Shown: piece after piece, positions 1-9,541 of the stretch
Layout: every line of letters starts with the position of its first letter
Position numbering within the stretch: position 1 is the first letter of the stretch
Source: an uncultured virus (IMG/VR IMGVR_UViG_3300036715_002448)
Lineage: Duplodnaviria; Heunggongvirae; Uroviricota; Caudoviricetes
DNA length: 64,000 nt
IMG/VR virus record: IMGVR_UViG_3300036715_002448
Location: 30,164 to 94,163 of that record
Direction: 5' to 3' (one strand)
The notes under the pieces: generated by a model
Databases searched by the model: none
The model's input: only the letters and a program-made list of their open reading frames with translations
What the model was told of the DNA's origin: nothing
Made by a program: the position numbers and the translations under genes

Positions 1-100
1 GGTTAATGGCAAAAAGTGTGCCTGTTAATATAGGACTTCCGTCCTTATTACTTTTAAATTTTTTAGATCTACTACAAGGAGTTATTATATTTAAGAACAT
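1..100 (-). CDS. 5' part of a probable glycosyltransferase-like gene running off the window edge
   Basis: Manual translation from ATG at 100: MFLNIITPCSRSKKFKSNKDGSPILTGTLFAIN; IITPCSR resembles a GT2 first beta-strand; adjacent to a GT2 gene. Confidence 0.4.
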   Translation of the reverse strand, partial: MFLNIITPCSRSKKFKSNKDGSPILTGTLFAIN

Positions 101-102
101 AA

Positions 103-747
103 TTAATTTATTCCTTCTTCAGGCAATCCTGGTACATGCATTACAATATATGTATAATCTTCTGAATTTGCTTTTTTTATTTTGCCTCTATAGTTAATTA
201 TTCTTTGTATAAATCGCCAATCATGTCCATAATAATAGTCATGTTTAAATCTTCTGACAAAGTCTGTTTTAACTATTATTTCTGAATGTCCTATATAGCC
301 TTCTTTTAATTCTGTATTTCTAATTACATTAGATGGATTTATTATTGTATTAAAATATACCATATCAAAATCAGTTCCTTCAATTTCACTTAAATAGTGT
401 TCAAAATGATTAAGTAAAATTATATCATCATTGCCACAAAAAATTAAATACTTTCCTTTTGCAAAATCTAATGCCTTATTAATAATATAAGCGCCATAAC
501 CACCGTGGTGCTTTTTTAAATTGTAAATATGTAATATGTTACCTGTTTCTTTTGCAATCGTTTGATATTTTTTAGCATCGCCAGAATCAATAATTTTTTG
601 AAAGTCAGAACATCCATCTCCTATTATAAAAGCTTCCCAATTATTTATTGTTTGTGCTAATATATTTTCGATAGTTCTTCTTGTTCGTAGAGGACGTCCA
701 TAACACGGAACTACAATTGTTATTCTAGGCTGACTTAATTTTTTCAT
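103..747 (-). CDS. Glycosyltransferase family 2
   Basis: ITIVVPCYGRP N-terminus, GDGCS, AKGKYLIFCGNDD (DXD-like), HDWRF. Confidence 0.85.
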   Translation of the reverse strand: MKKLSQPRITIVVPCYGRPLRTRRTIENILAQTINNWEAFIIGDGCSDFQKIIDSGDAKKYQTIAKETGNILHIYNLKKHHGGYGAYIINKALDFAKGKYLIFCGNDDIILLNHFEHYLSEIEGTDFDMVYFNTIINPSNVIRNTELKEGYIGHSEIIVKTDFVRRFKHDYYYGHDWRFIQRIINYRGKIKKANSEDYTYIVMHVPGLPEEGIN

Positions 748-1447
748 GATAGTTTTTAACTAATTCGTAAAATTCTTCAAAATTTTCCATTATTTGTTTT
801 TTGTCCATTTCAAACATTTGAACGTCTCCAGTTTCACAACTTATCCATATTTCATTGGATTCTGGAAAACTACCAAGTCTTTCAAACATTGCAACTGAAT
901 AAGCAGCAGTTTGCATTTTGTAATTTTTAATCCATTCTTCTTTTTTAGGCCTTTTACTTGATTTAAAGTCAATTATTTTTAATTTATTAGTTTTAGACTT
1001 AACTGCCAAGTCAAGCCTTCCAGCATAACCGCCTCCTTTAAGAGACCAAACAGGAACTTCTTGACAAACAATAGATCCAATTCTATCATAAAAGTCTGAA
1101 TTACTTTTAAATTGCAAGAAAAGATTTTTCCCACATTCAATTTCTTCTTTTGTTAAATCTTTAGATAATTCTAATGCGGTTTGGAATGTTTGTTGTAGTG
1201 GATTTTCAACATGGCTTACAAAAGTATAAATAAGGTACTGTTCGTGCAATGTATGCATAAAAGTACCTCTATTTGCTGAATACTTTGATATTTGTGCAGC
1301 TTTTTCTTTACCAACATCTTGTTCCCATTTAAGTAAAGAAGTTTTGTCAGTCATTGCACCTAATACCGTGGTAACACTGGGTAACATTAACCCAGAAGAT
1401 TCATCAACCACGTAATACCTGCCATTATTTTTTGAAACAGTTCTCAA
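725..1447 (-). CDS. PD-(D/E)XK exonuclease (Cas4-like phage exonuclease)
   Basis: PSVTTVL, RGTFMH, AGRLDL, IIDFKSS, QTAAY motifs. Confidence 0.8.
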   Translation of the reverse strand: MRTVSKNNGRYYVVDESSGLMLPSVTTVLGAMTDKTSLLKWEQDVGKEKAAQISKYSANRGTFMHTLHEQYLIYTFVSHVENPLQQTFQTALELSKDLTKEEIECGKNLFLQFKSNSDFYDRIGSIVCQEVPVWSLKGGGYAGRLDLAVKSKTNKLKIIDFKSSKRPKKEEWIKNYKMQTAAYSVAMFERLGSFPESNEIWISCETGDVQMFEMDKKQIMENFEEFYELVKNYHEKIKSA

Positions 1448-1450
1448 TTT

Positions 1451-1996
1451 TTAAAAAATAAAATCAAGGATAGATTTCCCTGAATAGTTAATAACTAACG
1501 TATTAATTGCCGTAAAAATACCTATGTACAATCCTAAATTTCCTATCCATCCAATAAATTTCCAAAATGATAAAAATTCAGTTGGTGGCGATAATAATAC
1601 CAAATAAGCAAAAGCGTCTTTGTCATTTATTCTTTCTATTTCTGGATAAACAAATTCATTTAATTGACATTGCATTAATACAATGTCTAATTCACGCAAT
1701 TGTTCTACCATCCATGCCCAAACCATTTTATGTTTATCTTCTTCATAGAATTCCTCAGGAACATTTATAACAGTATAAAGTCTTCCGATCTTATCAGTTC
1801 TTATTTCATATTTGAACTGTGCTAAAATAGCTTTTGTTGATTCTTCTTTAAGAGCTTTTCTTACTATATTCCAAGTTCTTATGTCATCTATTACTTCAGC
1901 TGGCCAAGACCAAACATTAAATAGTTTCATTTTTTTTCTTGATTTTAATGATTTTAATAATTGCGTTGTTGTTCTGGGCGACAAAATTTTCAACAT
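1451..1996 (-). CDS. Hypothetical protein with C-terminal membrane segment
   Basis: ORF in operon context; hydrophobic C-terminus; start uncertain. Confidence 0.6.
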   Translation of the reverse strand: MLKILSPRTTTQLLKSLKSRKKMKLFNVWSWPAEVIDDIRTWNIVRKALKEESTKAILAQFKYEIRTDKIGRLYTVINVPEEFYEEDKHKMVWAWMVEQLRELDIVLMQCQLNEFVYPEIERINDKDAFAYLVLLSPPTEFLSFWKFIGWIGNLGLYIGIFTAINTLVINYSGKSILDFIF

Positions 1997-2598
1997 ACAC
2001 TGCTTTCTAATTTTTCTTTTAATATTACTTTTGCACGAAAGATCCTATTTTTAATTGTTTGTAAAGGAAGATTATATTTTTCAGATATTTCTTCGTATTT
2101 TAGATTATTGTAATATCTATCTAATAATACTTCTTTGAATTTTTCAGGAAGTGCTTCAAGCAATTCATGCAATTTAATGATAACTTTTTCCTTTTCTTCA
2201 ACTTCTTCGCCATCTACTAAATGATCTTTAAATTCACCAAGTAAATCAAATTCTAGTTTAGATATTGAATTTTTGTTTTCATTGTCTTCTAATTCCGAAA
2301 AATGAATCATTGAGTCACGTTTTCTGTTTCTAAGTTCCATACAAGCGGAAGTGTAAGCAATTCTATAAACCCAGGTAGAAATATGCCATTCTGGGTTATA
2401 TTGATATATTTTTTCATGAACGGTTGTAAATGTATTTGCGACTATAACGTCAACATCTGAAGGGTTTTTGATTATTTTGCTTACATATTTTAGCAAACCC
2501 GGCTTTAATCTATTGTAAAGTTCTGTAAAAGATTGGTCCGAACCTGTGTTTTTAAATTCTAATCCTAATTCCTGCAAATTTTTTTGTCCTAAACTCAT
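1990..2598 (-). CDS. ECF-like sigma-70 family RNA polymerase sigma factor
   Basis: Region 2 (FTELYNR..ISTWVYRIA) and region 4 HTH (LKYEEISEKYNLPLQTIKNRIFRAK). Confidence 0.9.
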   Translation of the reverse strand: MSLGQKNLQELGLEFKNTGSDQSFTELYNRLKPGLLKYVSKIIKNPSDVDVIVANTFTTVHEKIYQYNPEWHISTWVYRIAYTSACMELRNRKRDSMIHFSELEDNENKNSISKLEFDLLGEFKDHLVDGEEVEEKEKVIIKLHELLEALPEKFKEVLLDRYYNNLKYEEISEKYNLPLQTIKNRIFRAKVILKEKLESSVC

Positions 2599-2695
2599 AA
2601 AGTTTTTATTTTAAAAGTGAATACTATTTTGTTATATTTTATACAATATAATCAAAAAACTCGATACATGAAAATAATTATCGTTTATTTAACAA

Positions 2696-5437
2696 TTAAA
2701 TTCCTTTTGCATATACAATTCTATTATCTCCAATTGCAATTTGCATACCTGATGTCCTTAAAGCTTCTATTAATGCTTTTGCAATATCTTGTGGAAGCTT
2801 GTCATTAATAGTATTGTTAACAATTGGCTCAATTTTTCCTTTTATAGGAGTTAAGGTTTTATCAGATTGTATAGTTGTATTAAGCGGCGTTATTGTTGGT
2901 TTAACTGTACTTGGTTCTGATGTATTTCCAACACTATTTCCAACATTTTTTCTTAAAACTTCCATAAGAATTCTTTGCATTTCTTCGGTCATTTTACTAA
3001 ATGCACTTTCTATAGATTCTTTGATTGCACCGGAAATTGCTTCAGGATTTTTAGAAAGAACAACAAGAGATTTCATCATAGAATCAGTTAATGTCAAGTT
3101 TTTAACGTCAATATCATTTATATTGTTTTTAATTTGTCCCATTGAATTTGCAATACGTTCAAAATTATTAGCAACGGTATTCAGTTGGTTAAACTTCTTA
3201 GTATCGTCATATTGCATCATCATATTCAATGCTCCTTGTAGTATTTGAGTATCTCTAAAGAACCAATTAGCATCTTTGAATTTTTTCAATCCAGTTGCAA
3301 ATACTACTAAAGAGTCTCCGATAGATGCTATCATAGGTGCAAATGAATCAGCTTTAACAGTTCCAACTGAGTCATTTATAGCACTTTGTACACCATTTAT
3401 CGCTCCTAATAAAGCCGCGTTATCTTTTGATCCATCCCATTTAACCGACTTAAATTTTAACAAAGCTTCGGAAAATAACCAAATAGCTGCCCCAGAAACA
3501 AATAATCCACCTGCACCTACCAGAGCTAAAATAGTTTGTAAAATTCCCATTGCTGGATTAACTTTAATATTTACAGAACCGCCTGCTAAAGTATTAGTAG
3601 TCATTGCAATAGCATTACCTAATGTGGCATTTAAAGTTGGATTCCAACCTACTGATTTAAATTTTATTAATGCTTCTGACATTAACCATATAGCAGCCGA
3701 ACCAATTATAATAGAACCAGCGCTAAATAATGATATAATAGTTCCCAACATAGATTGTCCTACAGTAGGTTGTCCGGTTATTGATGTTTTTCCACTAATA
3801 GAATCTATGACAGAAGTAATTACACCACTTAAAGTAACGGAATCTGCAGGTGTCCAATTAACTGTTTTAAACTTTTCTAAAGCAGTTGACATTAACCATA
3901 TAGCAGCCGAACCTAAAATGAGAGGTCCTATTGAAATTAATGACATTATAGCTTGCAATCCTTGTCCAACTGCTCCAGCTACATTACCCATTATTCCTTT
4001 ATTTGCACTAGTTCCACTTAATGCAAAAAGTACAGATTTTATTGTATATTGTAAATCATTTGAATTCTTTTGTGTCCAATTTAAAGATTGGAATTTCTCT
4101 AATGTATAAGACATAATTAAAATAGCTACTGCGCTAAGTCCTAAAGCTATTGCACCAGGTATAATTAATTCAGATGCTACTCCAGCAAGAGTCATAACAA
4201 GACCCACACCAGACATAAGTCCTAATACTAAAGCCGTATCTACTAAAGTTATGTCCATTTTTTTAAAAACGAACATCGCTAATGCCATTAAAATTATAGG
4301 AACACTTGATAACATCATCATAAATGCTCCTTTTTCTATTTCCGATGCAAATTTACCGGCAATTGCAAATACTAAAGCAGTTCCACCAATAACTAGCAAT
4401 GAAAATAATGCCATTCCTGGATCTACAATTGTATTAAATACCCAGAACGCACCCGCTAAAACTATTATAGAAATACCAATCCATGCTAAGTTTTTAATAC
4501 CGCTATCAACCGGCTTAGTACTTATTAATGAAAAAGCAAACGCTAATCCAACAATAATCATAACTGTTAAAAGAGCTCCAATTGTCATTTGCGGTGCTAT
4601 TAATGTTATGGCTGCTAATCCTAATCCAAATAATAAAATTCCTGCACCTATTTTAACAATAACAGAAAGACCTTTCAAACTTTTCTTATTATCTTTTGAT
4701 AAAAATACATCCAACATTTTTACAATTAGAACAAAAGCACCAGCGCCTAAAGCAGCAGGTATAGAAACTAATGCGAATCCAGCTAAAGCTAATCCGAATA
4801 AGAAAATATCCTTACCCATATCAACTAAAGTTTTTACATTTTTTAAGTTTTTACCTTTTATATTACCTAACGAATTTATTATGTAATCCACGGTTTTTAT
4901 AAAAACCTTTGTTCCTAAATTTATTAAAGGTGATAAAACCTTAAACATTACAATTGATTTTGCAAAAAGAAGTATATTTCCACCAATAGACAACAGTTCT
5001 CCTATAGCTTTTATAGATTCTGTAGATTTTTTCGCAGCATTACCACCAATATTCTTTAATCCATCACCTATAGCTTTAAATAATGCCCTAACAGTAGCGG
5101 CAATTCCTGGTTTAATACTATTTGATGCTTTAACAATCATTAAGTAAGCAGACCCAAACTGTTTAAAACTTTCACTATCACTTTTAGCCATTTTAGGTTC
5201 TGCTACAGCAGCATAATTTTTACCTTTGATAGTAATAGCTTTTTTAATTTCGGTTAAAATTTTAGTTTGGTTTTTTAATTCTATAGTAGTTTCGCTCTTA
5301 AGTATGTTTTTCATTGAACTTAAAATCGCAAAATTCGTATCGTTTGTTTCGACGATAGAATCAACCATCGCATCAATTTTTCTAAATATTGATGCGATGG
5401 CAGCTTGTGCTGAATTATCTTGTCTTGCTTGTGGCAT
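2696..5437 (-). CDS. Probable tape measure protein, with multiple hydrophobic segments and ~70-aa repeats
   Basis: 913 aa, Ala/Gly/Ile rich, repeated AAIWLMS..L.KFK.V.W units; follows gp26/gp51-like genes. Confidence 0.65.
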   Translation of the reverse strand: MPQARQDNSAQAAIASIFRKIDAMVDSIVETNDTNFAILSSMKNILKSETTIELKNQTKILTEIKKAITIKGKNYAAVAEPKMAKSDSESFKQFGSAYLMIVKASNSIKPGIAATVRALFKAIGDGLKNIGGNAAKKSTESIKAIGELLSIGGNILLFAKSIVMFKVLSPLINLGTKVFIKTVDYIINSLGNIKGKNLKNVKTLVDMGKDIFLFGLALAGFALVSIPAALGAGAFVLIVKMLDVFLSKDNKKSLKGLSVIVKIGAGILLFGLGLAAITLIAPQMTIGALLTVMIIVGLAFAFSLISTKPVDSGIKNLAWIGISIIVLAGAFWVFNTIVDPGMALFSLLVIGGTALVFAIAGKFASEIEKGAFMMMLSSVPIILMALAMFVFKKMDITLVDTALVLGLMSGVGLVMTLAGVASELIIPGAIALGLSAVAILIMSYTLEKFQSLNWTQKNSNDLQYTIKSVLFALSGTSANKGIMGNVAGAVGQGLQAIMSLISIGPLILGSAAIWLMSTALEKFKTVNWTPADSVTLSGVITSVIDSISGKTSITGQPTVGQSMLGTIISLFSAGSIIIGSAAIWLMSEALIKFKSVGWNPTLNATLGNAIAMTTNTLAGGSVNIKVNPAMGILQTILALVGAGGLFVSGAAIWLFSEALLKFKSVKWDGSKDNAALLGAINGVQSAINDSVGTVKADSFAPMIASIGDSLVVFATGLKKFKDANWFFRDTQILQGALNMMMQYDDTKKFNQLNTVANNFERIANSMGQIKNNINDIDVKNLTLTDSMMKSLVVLSKNPEAISGAIKESIESAFSKMTEEMQRILMEVLRKNVGNSVGNTSEPSTVKPTITPLNTTIQSDKTLTPIKGKIEPIVNNTINDKLPQDIAKALIEALRTSGMQIAIGDNRIVYAKGI
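3677..3913. repeat. Two identical 27-bp copies 210 bp apart inside the tape measure gene
   Basis: tgacattaaccatatagcagccgaacc at 3677-3703 and 3887-3913. Confidence 0.85.
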
Positions 5438-5448
5438 TCATAATTTAA

Positions 5449-5751
5449 TTATTTTAACTTCATTCCTGAAGGCATTGAAGGAAATTTAAAGTTATTCATT
5501 TTTGGCATATATTTTTCTACACCTTTCATCATACCATCAGGTGTCATATTGTTACTTCCACTCTTGCCATTTTCTGCATCAGCTTTTTCTTTAAGGATGT
5601 CTATTAAATCTTCAACCATGTATTCGTATTCATAATAAGGCAAACATTCTATTTCAGAAGGTTGTGTGTGAAAATGAAATTGAATATATGCCCTAGTTTT
5701 ATAGTAATTCCGAATCGATATCTGAAACAACGAAAAGAGATTTGATGCCAC
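5449..5751 (-). CDS. gp51-like baseplate hub/tail assembly chaperone, possibly made by +1 frameshift from the upstream gene
   Basis: HFHTQPSEIECLPYYEYEYMVEDL resembles T4-like gp51; overlaps upstream ORF by 53 nt; weak GTG start. Confidence 0.6.
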   Translation of the reverse strand: MASNLFSLFQISIRNYYKTRAYIQFHFHTQPSEIECLPYYEYEYMVEDLIDILKEKADAENGKSGSNNMTPDGMMKGVEKYMPKMNNFKFPSMPSGMKLK

Positions 5752-6673
5752 TGGGAAAGGAAATCGGAACGGTCACCTCCGCTTGACACTTTTCACATTC
5801 AACTGTCAGATTTTCTTTTACTCCAACTTTACACATGTCTATTAATGAATTCATTGTTTGGAATAACTTTAAATCCCATGACATGTATTCTATTTGCATG
5901 TTTGATATAATTTTTTCGTTCAATCCTCGCCAATCTTTTAACATATAAGGCAAAGTTTTCAAAAATGATTTATCAAGTTTTTTACCTTCTTGTTGTTGTT
6001 TTTGAATCCATTTAGTAACTTCCATCATAATACCGACGGATGGTGGTGCTATTACAATATTACCATTTGATTTTGTTTGAACAATAAATTTCCTAGAATC
6101 TTCATCATAGTACTTCATTATTTTATCACTTGGTTCATTAGACTCAAATGATGTACTTCTAACTTCTACTTTACCTGAAGTTCCGCATTCATTGCAAGTA
6201 TAATTTATAACCAAATCATTTTCTCCTTTAAGAAAAGTAAGCTCACGAACTGCCATTATAACGTAAATTCTATCTTCTTCTTTTAAATCTTTAAAACTAC
6301 GCATAGATGAACCTTCGCGATATGTTAAACAAGATTTAAGAACTTGGTTTAATGCTTCGTCAATTGAATAAGGATCATCTTCGCTAATTGTAGAAAATTG
6401 TTTAATTTCCGTAACAGTTGCTGCTCTAATTAAAAATCTCGCATCTTTACCATAAAAAATTCCTTTAGTCGGAAAGTTTTGTGCGTAAATTTCTATGTAA
6501 CCTGGTAAAAAACTTGGTTCATCAAGATCTTCTTCAAATCCTTTTGCTTTACCTAAAGAACTAGGTTTAGTAATAGGTTGTTCTTCTATTTGTGTACTAG
6601 AAATAGAACCATTGTTAAATTCCCTTTGGTCAAGATCATCTAAACCTGGATTTTTGTGTGTTTTGTTATTCAT
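5699..6673 (-). CDS. gp26-like baseplate hub/tail assembly protein
   Basis: IRAATVTEIK, DRIYVIMAVRELT, two CxxC pairs (CNEC, CEKC); gene order before tape measure. Confidence 0.65.
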   Translation of the reverse strand: MNNKTHKNPGLDDLDQREFNNGSISSTQIEEQPITKPSSLGKAKGFEEDLDEPSFLPGYIEIYAQNFPTKGIFYGKDARFLIRAATVTEIKQFSTISEDDPYSIDEALNQVLKSCLTYREGSSMRSFKDLKEEDRIYVIMAVRELTFLKGENDLVINYTCNECGTSGKVEVRSTSFESNEPSDKIMKYYDEDSRKFIVQTKSNGNIVIAPPSVGIMMEVTKWIQKQQQEGKKLDKSFLKTLPYMLKDWRGLNEKIISNMQIEYMSWDLKLFQTMNSLIDMCKVGVKENLTVECEKCQAEVTVPISFPSGIKSLFVVSDIDSELL

Positions 6674-6713
6674 AAAAAATAAGGTATTTGTTATTTTATT
6701 TATTTATATATCA

Positions 6714-7958
6714 TCATTTTGATGACTTTATCTTTTTCTTCAATTCAATCAAATCGGATTTATACATTTCGGTAGCAGTTAATTTTTGAATTTCTGCAAA
6801 TTGATTTCTATTTTCTTTTATGTTATTTAATAAATCTTCATATTTTTCTTTTGTTAAGTTGTAAATTGGTAAATTTAATAAATAGTCAAAAGAATCATTT
6901 ATTTTTTCAATTTTGGTAAGTTCTAAGTCTGTAATAATATCTATTTTAGGCCTATTATTAATCTTAAGTTTTCCGGTTATTACAAGCTTAATAAATTCAG
7001 CTTTATTAGTAAGAACCTTGTGGTCATAATCTAATTCATCTAATTTATATTGTTTTCTTTTATCATAAAAAGTTAATCTAAAATTGATAAAATAGTTTAT
7101 TAAAGCAGTAGCTGAGTCAAATTTAATTATCTTGTTGTGCTCATCTAAACAAGTAATGTTTTCTGTTTCAGTTTCCGTCATTTTCAAAAGCCAATCTAAT
7201 TGATTTTTTTTCTGACGGGTTTGCAATTCATTACGATTGAATTTAATTATATATTCAATCTTAGATTTTTTGCAGTTATTATCATAATATAAAATATGTC
7301 CTTTTTCTTCCAAGTTGTTTAAGTGAGCCTCGTATTTTTGGTATGTTAACGAAGGTGGTAATTCTGTTACTTTAACAGTTGATGTGTTAACAATTTCATA
7401 TTTTCCTTTTAGTTCAAATGTTGATGTATCATTATCTACTTTAATAATTTCACCAGTATATTCGCTCCACCAAGGTAAAGGTTCTTTGAATTTTTTACCA
7501 TCTAATGCTAACAAACAAGCATCTATAACATCATTAACATTTCTATTTAAAATATTTGTAGCAAAACCAACTGCAATACCAGAAGTACCATTTAATAAAA
7601 TAACTGGAATAATTGGCAAAAACCAATTTGGTTCTATTTCCAAGTCTTCTTCTATTTTATATTTCAAAAGATCAAAATCTTTATATAAAGTTCTAAAATT
7701 AGCATTTAATTTTACCGAAACATAACGTGCTGCACCTGGTTCGGTAGACCTTAAAGAACCAAATTGTCCAATACCATCAAATAATGGCATGGAATTTTTA
7801 AAAGTTTGCGCCATTCCAATAATAGCTCCATCCATAGAAGAATTATGCACTACTATGTTAGATTTTCCTATTACAAAATTCTCATATTTAGGGACAGTTA
7901 TATCATAAAATCGGTTTGGAGACTCTAATATATTTTTTTTAATGCTTTTTATTTTCAT
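6714..7958 (-). CDS. gp52: Split-intein C fragment (39 aa) + C-terminal part of topoisomerase II medium subunit (gp52/GyrA-like)
   Basis: MKIKSIKK..FYDITV..ENF..IVVHN|SSMDGAII, then catalytic GAARY and NGTSGIAVGFAT. Confidence 0.93.
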   Translation of the reverse strand: MKIKSIKKNILESPNRFYDITVPKYENFVIGKSNIVVHNSSMDGAIIGMAQTFKNSMPLFDGIGQFGSLRSTEPGAARYVSVKLNANFRTLYKDFDLLKYKIEEDLEIEPNWFLPIIPVILLNGTSGIAVGFATNILNRNVNDVIDACLLALDGKKFKEPLPWWSEYTGEIIKVDNDTSTFELKGKYEIVNTSTVKVTELPPSLTYQKYEAHLNNLEEKGHILYYDNNCKKSKIEYIIKFNRNELQTRQKKNQLDWLLKMTETETENITCLDEHNKIIKFDSATALINYFINFRLTFYDKRKQYKLDELDYDHKVLTNKAEFIKLVITGKLKINNRPKIDIITDLELTKIEKINDSFDYLLNLPIYNLTKEKYEDLLNNIKENRNQFAEIQKLTATEMYKSDLIELKKKIKSSK

Positions 7959-9306
7959 TTTTTATTAAAGTATTTATAAATTCTTTACATTTTACTAAAT
8001 TTTCTTCAGGTGTTTCAGTGTCCCAAATAACAAGAACTCTAAAACCTCTTTCTTCTGCTAATTCTATTTTATTATTAAAGTACTCATATGTTTTAATATA
8101 ATTTTCTTTAGTAAAAGGATGCACCCAATTCAATAAGGAATTATCATTTCTATAGTCAGGATGCCAATTAATGCCATTATATTCTATTATAATTTTTTTA
8201 CTTAAAATTGTAAAATCATAAAGTCTGAACATGTCATTTTTACACAAAAAGTATTCATTTTTATTATTTACAGGACTTGCATAAAACAAATCTTCTTTTA
8301 TTAAATTTAACTCCGTTGTCAAATAATCAAATAGTTTAATAAAAATTTTTTCTGCTTCTTTAGAATATCCATTAAATACTACTCTAGGGTCGTACCCATA
8401 TTTTTCAATACAAGTTAATCTACTTTTTTGATATGCTTTTTTGTAAAATAAAGGATCCTCTTCTAATCTTTTTTTAAGTGTATTATTTCTTTTTTCTACA
8501 ACTATAGGACTTTTTATTGCTGCTGTAACTCCTAAATGTTCTACTAGTGATTTTTTTATTTTTTCTTTTACATCAGCTCTTTGAAATACGTTTGTTATAC
8601 CTTCAGTTCTTAATAAATTACGCTCCCATGCTTCTCTAGATTTTGATTTTTTAGATAAGTTATGAGCCGTTCCACAAGATAATAAATATGATTGTTTTTT
8701 TAATTCTTTTGCACATACAATAGAGCATGTTTGTTGTCCACTTTTATTTTTAAATAAAGTTCCACATATTTTACAAGGTACTATTCTCTTACAAGAAGGG
8801 CACAATGTTAGATTTCTATGTAAATCTTTTTCAAAACAAGCATTACCTACATTTTTATAAGTATACTCGGTTCCACAATTAGTACATATCCTATTAGATT
8901 TTCTTAATATATTTAGTTCTATTGCATTCATATTGTTTTATTTTATATATCTTTGCAAACTTACCAAATATACCATCACGGCAATAGATATAATAATTTA
9001 TTTAATATATTTTAAAATATCATCAGATTCCAACAATTCATCTGCTCTTTTCCAAATGCCGTTAGTTAGTAAAAAAGGATGATTTGCTGTGCATTTTATT
9101 AATTCGCCGCTTTCTAATAGTATTTCATATTCTACATCTGTTATTTGTCCTAACCTAGGAAAACATCCTTCTGAAAAAACAAATTTGTTATTTTTTTCGT
9201 CAAAAGAAACAACTTTCATTTTTTTATTAGGAAATTTTTCTACCCAGTCACCTATTAGAATATAAGAACCATCTTCTAATAAAATAGGAGTATCATAAGC
9301 AAGACA
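7842..9306 (-). mobile_element. Split intein + nested endonuclease cassette in gp52 (IntN 9001-9306, IntC 7842-7958)
   Basis: Cys1 CLAYDT, block B CTANHPF, terminal HN, Ser+1; removal restores YHHGS-SSMDGA. Confidence 0.9.
7939..8931 (-). CDS. Free-standing Vsr-like/EDxHD homing endonuclease nested in gp52
   Basis: N-terminal CxxC motifs and repeats; C-terminal LYDF..KIIIEYNGINWHP..GFRVLVIWD. Confidence 0.85.
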   Translation of the reverse strand: MNAIELNILRKSNRICTNCGTEYTYKNVGNACFEKDLHRNLTLCPSCKRIVPCKICGTLFKNKSGQQTCSIVCAKELKKQSYLLSCGTAHNLSKKSKSREAWERNLLRTEGITNVFQRADVKEKIKKSLVEHLGVTAAIKSPIVVEKRNNTLKKRLEEDPLFYKKAYQKSRLTCIEKYGYDPRVVFNGYSKEAEKIFIKLFDYLTTELNLIKEDLFYASPVNNKNEYFLCKNDMFRLYDFTILSKKIIIEYNGINWHPDYRNDNSLLNWVHPFTKENYIKTYEYFNNKIELAEERGFRVLVIWDTETPEENLVKCKEFINTLIKNENKKH

Positions 9307-9540
9307 GCTTCCATGATGGTACATTTGATTTGCTGCACACCTACCACTTAATTGAAATACTTTTAGTGGTTTTTCATTTAAGGTTTTCCAAACTCTAATG
9401 GATTCGTTTATAATTTTCCTTTGAGTTGGTTTAAAACCATCTACAACAGATGGAATTGCTCTATTTTCTACAGTGTATTTACCATATTCAGCATATTCAC
9501 TGTCTAAATACTCCGTAATAGTTTTTTGTTGAGTGTTCAT
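8998..9540 (-). CDS. gp52: N-terminal 78 aa of gp52 topoisomerase + split-intein N fragment (102 aa)
   Basis: RAIPSVVDGFKPTQRKI and YHHG motifs followed by CLAYDTPILL..TANH. Confidence 0.93.
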   Translation of the reverse strand: MNTQQKTITEYLDSEYAEYGKYTVENRAIPSVVDGFKPTQRKIINESIRVWKTLNEKPLKVFQLSGRCAANQMYHHGSCLAYDTPILLEDGSYILIGDWVEKFPNKKMKVVSFDEKNNKFVFSEGCFPRLGQITDVEYEILLESGELIKCTANHPFLLTNGIWKRADELLESDDILKYIK

Positions 9541-9541
9541 A

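Noticed and set aside
725-1447. Cas4-like nuclease as part of a CRISPR-Cas system
   Set aside because: No array or other cas genes in the window; such exonucleases are common in T4-like phages
2799-5489. Long plus-strand ORFs (e.g. 3276-4109, 4251-4886) and other plus-strand ORFs in the track
   Set aside because: Antisense shadows of minus-strand genes with no recognisable motifs
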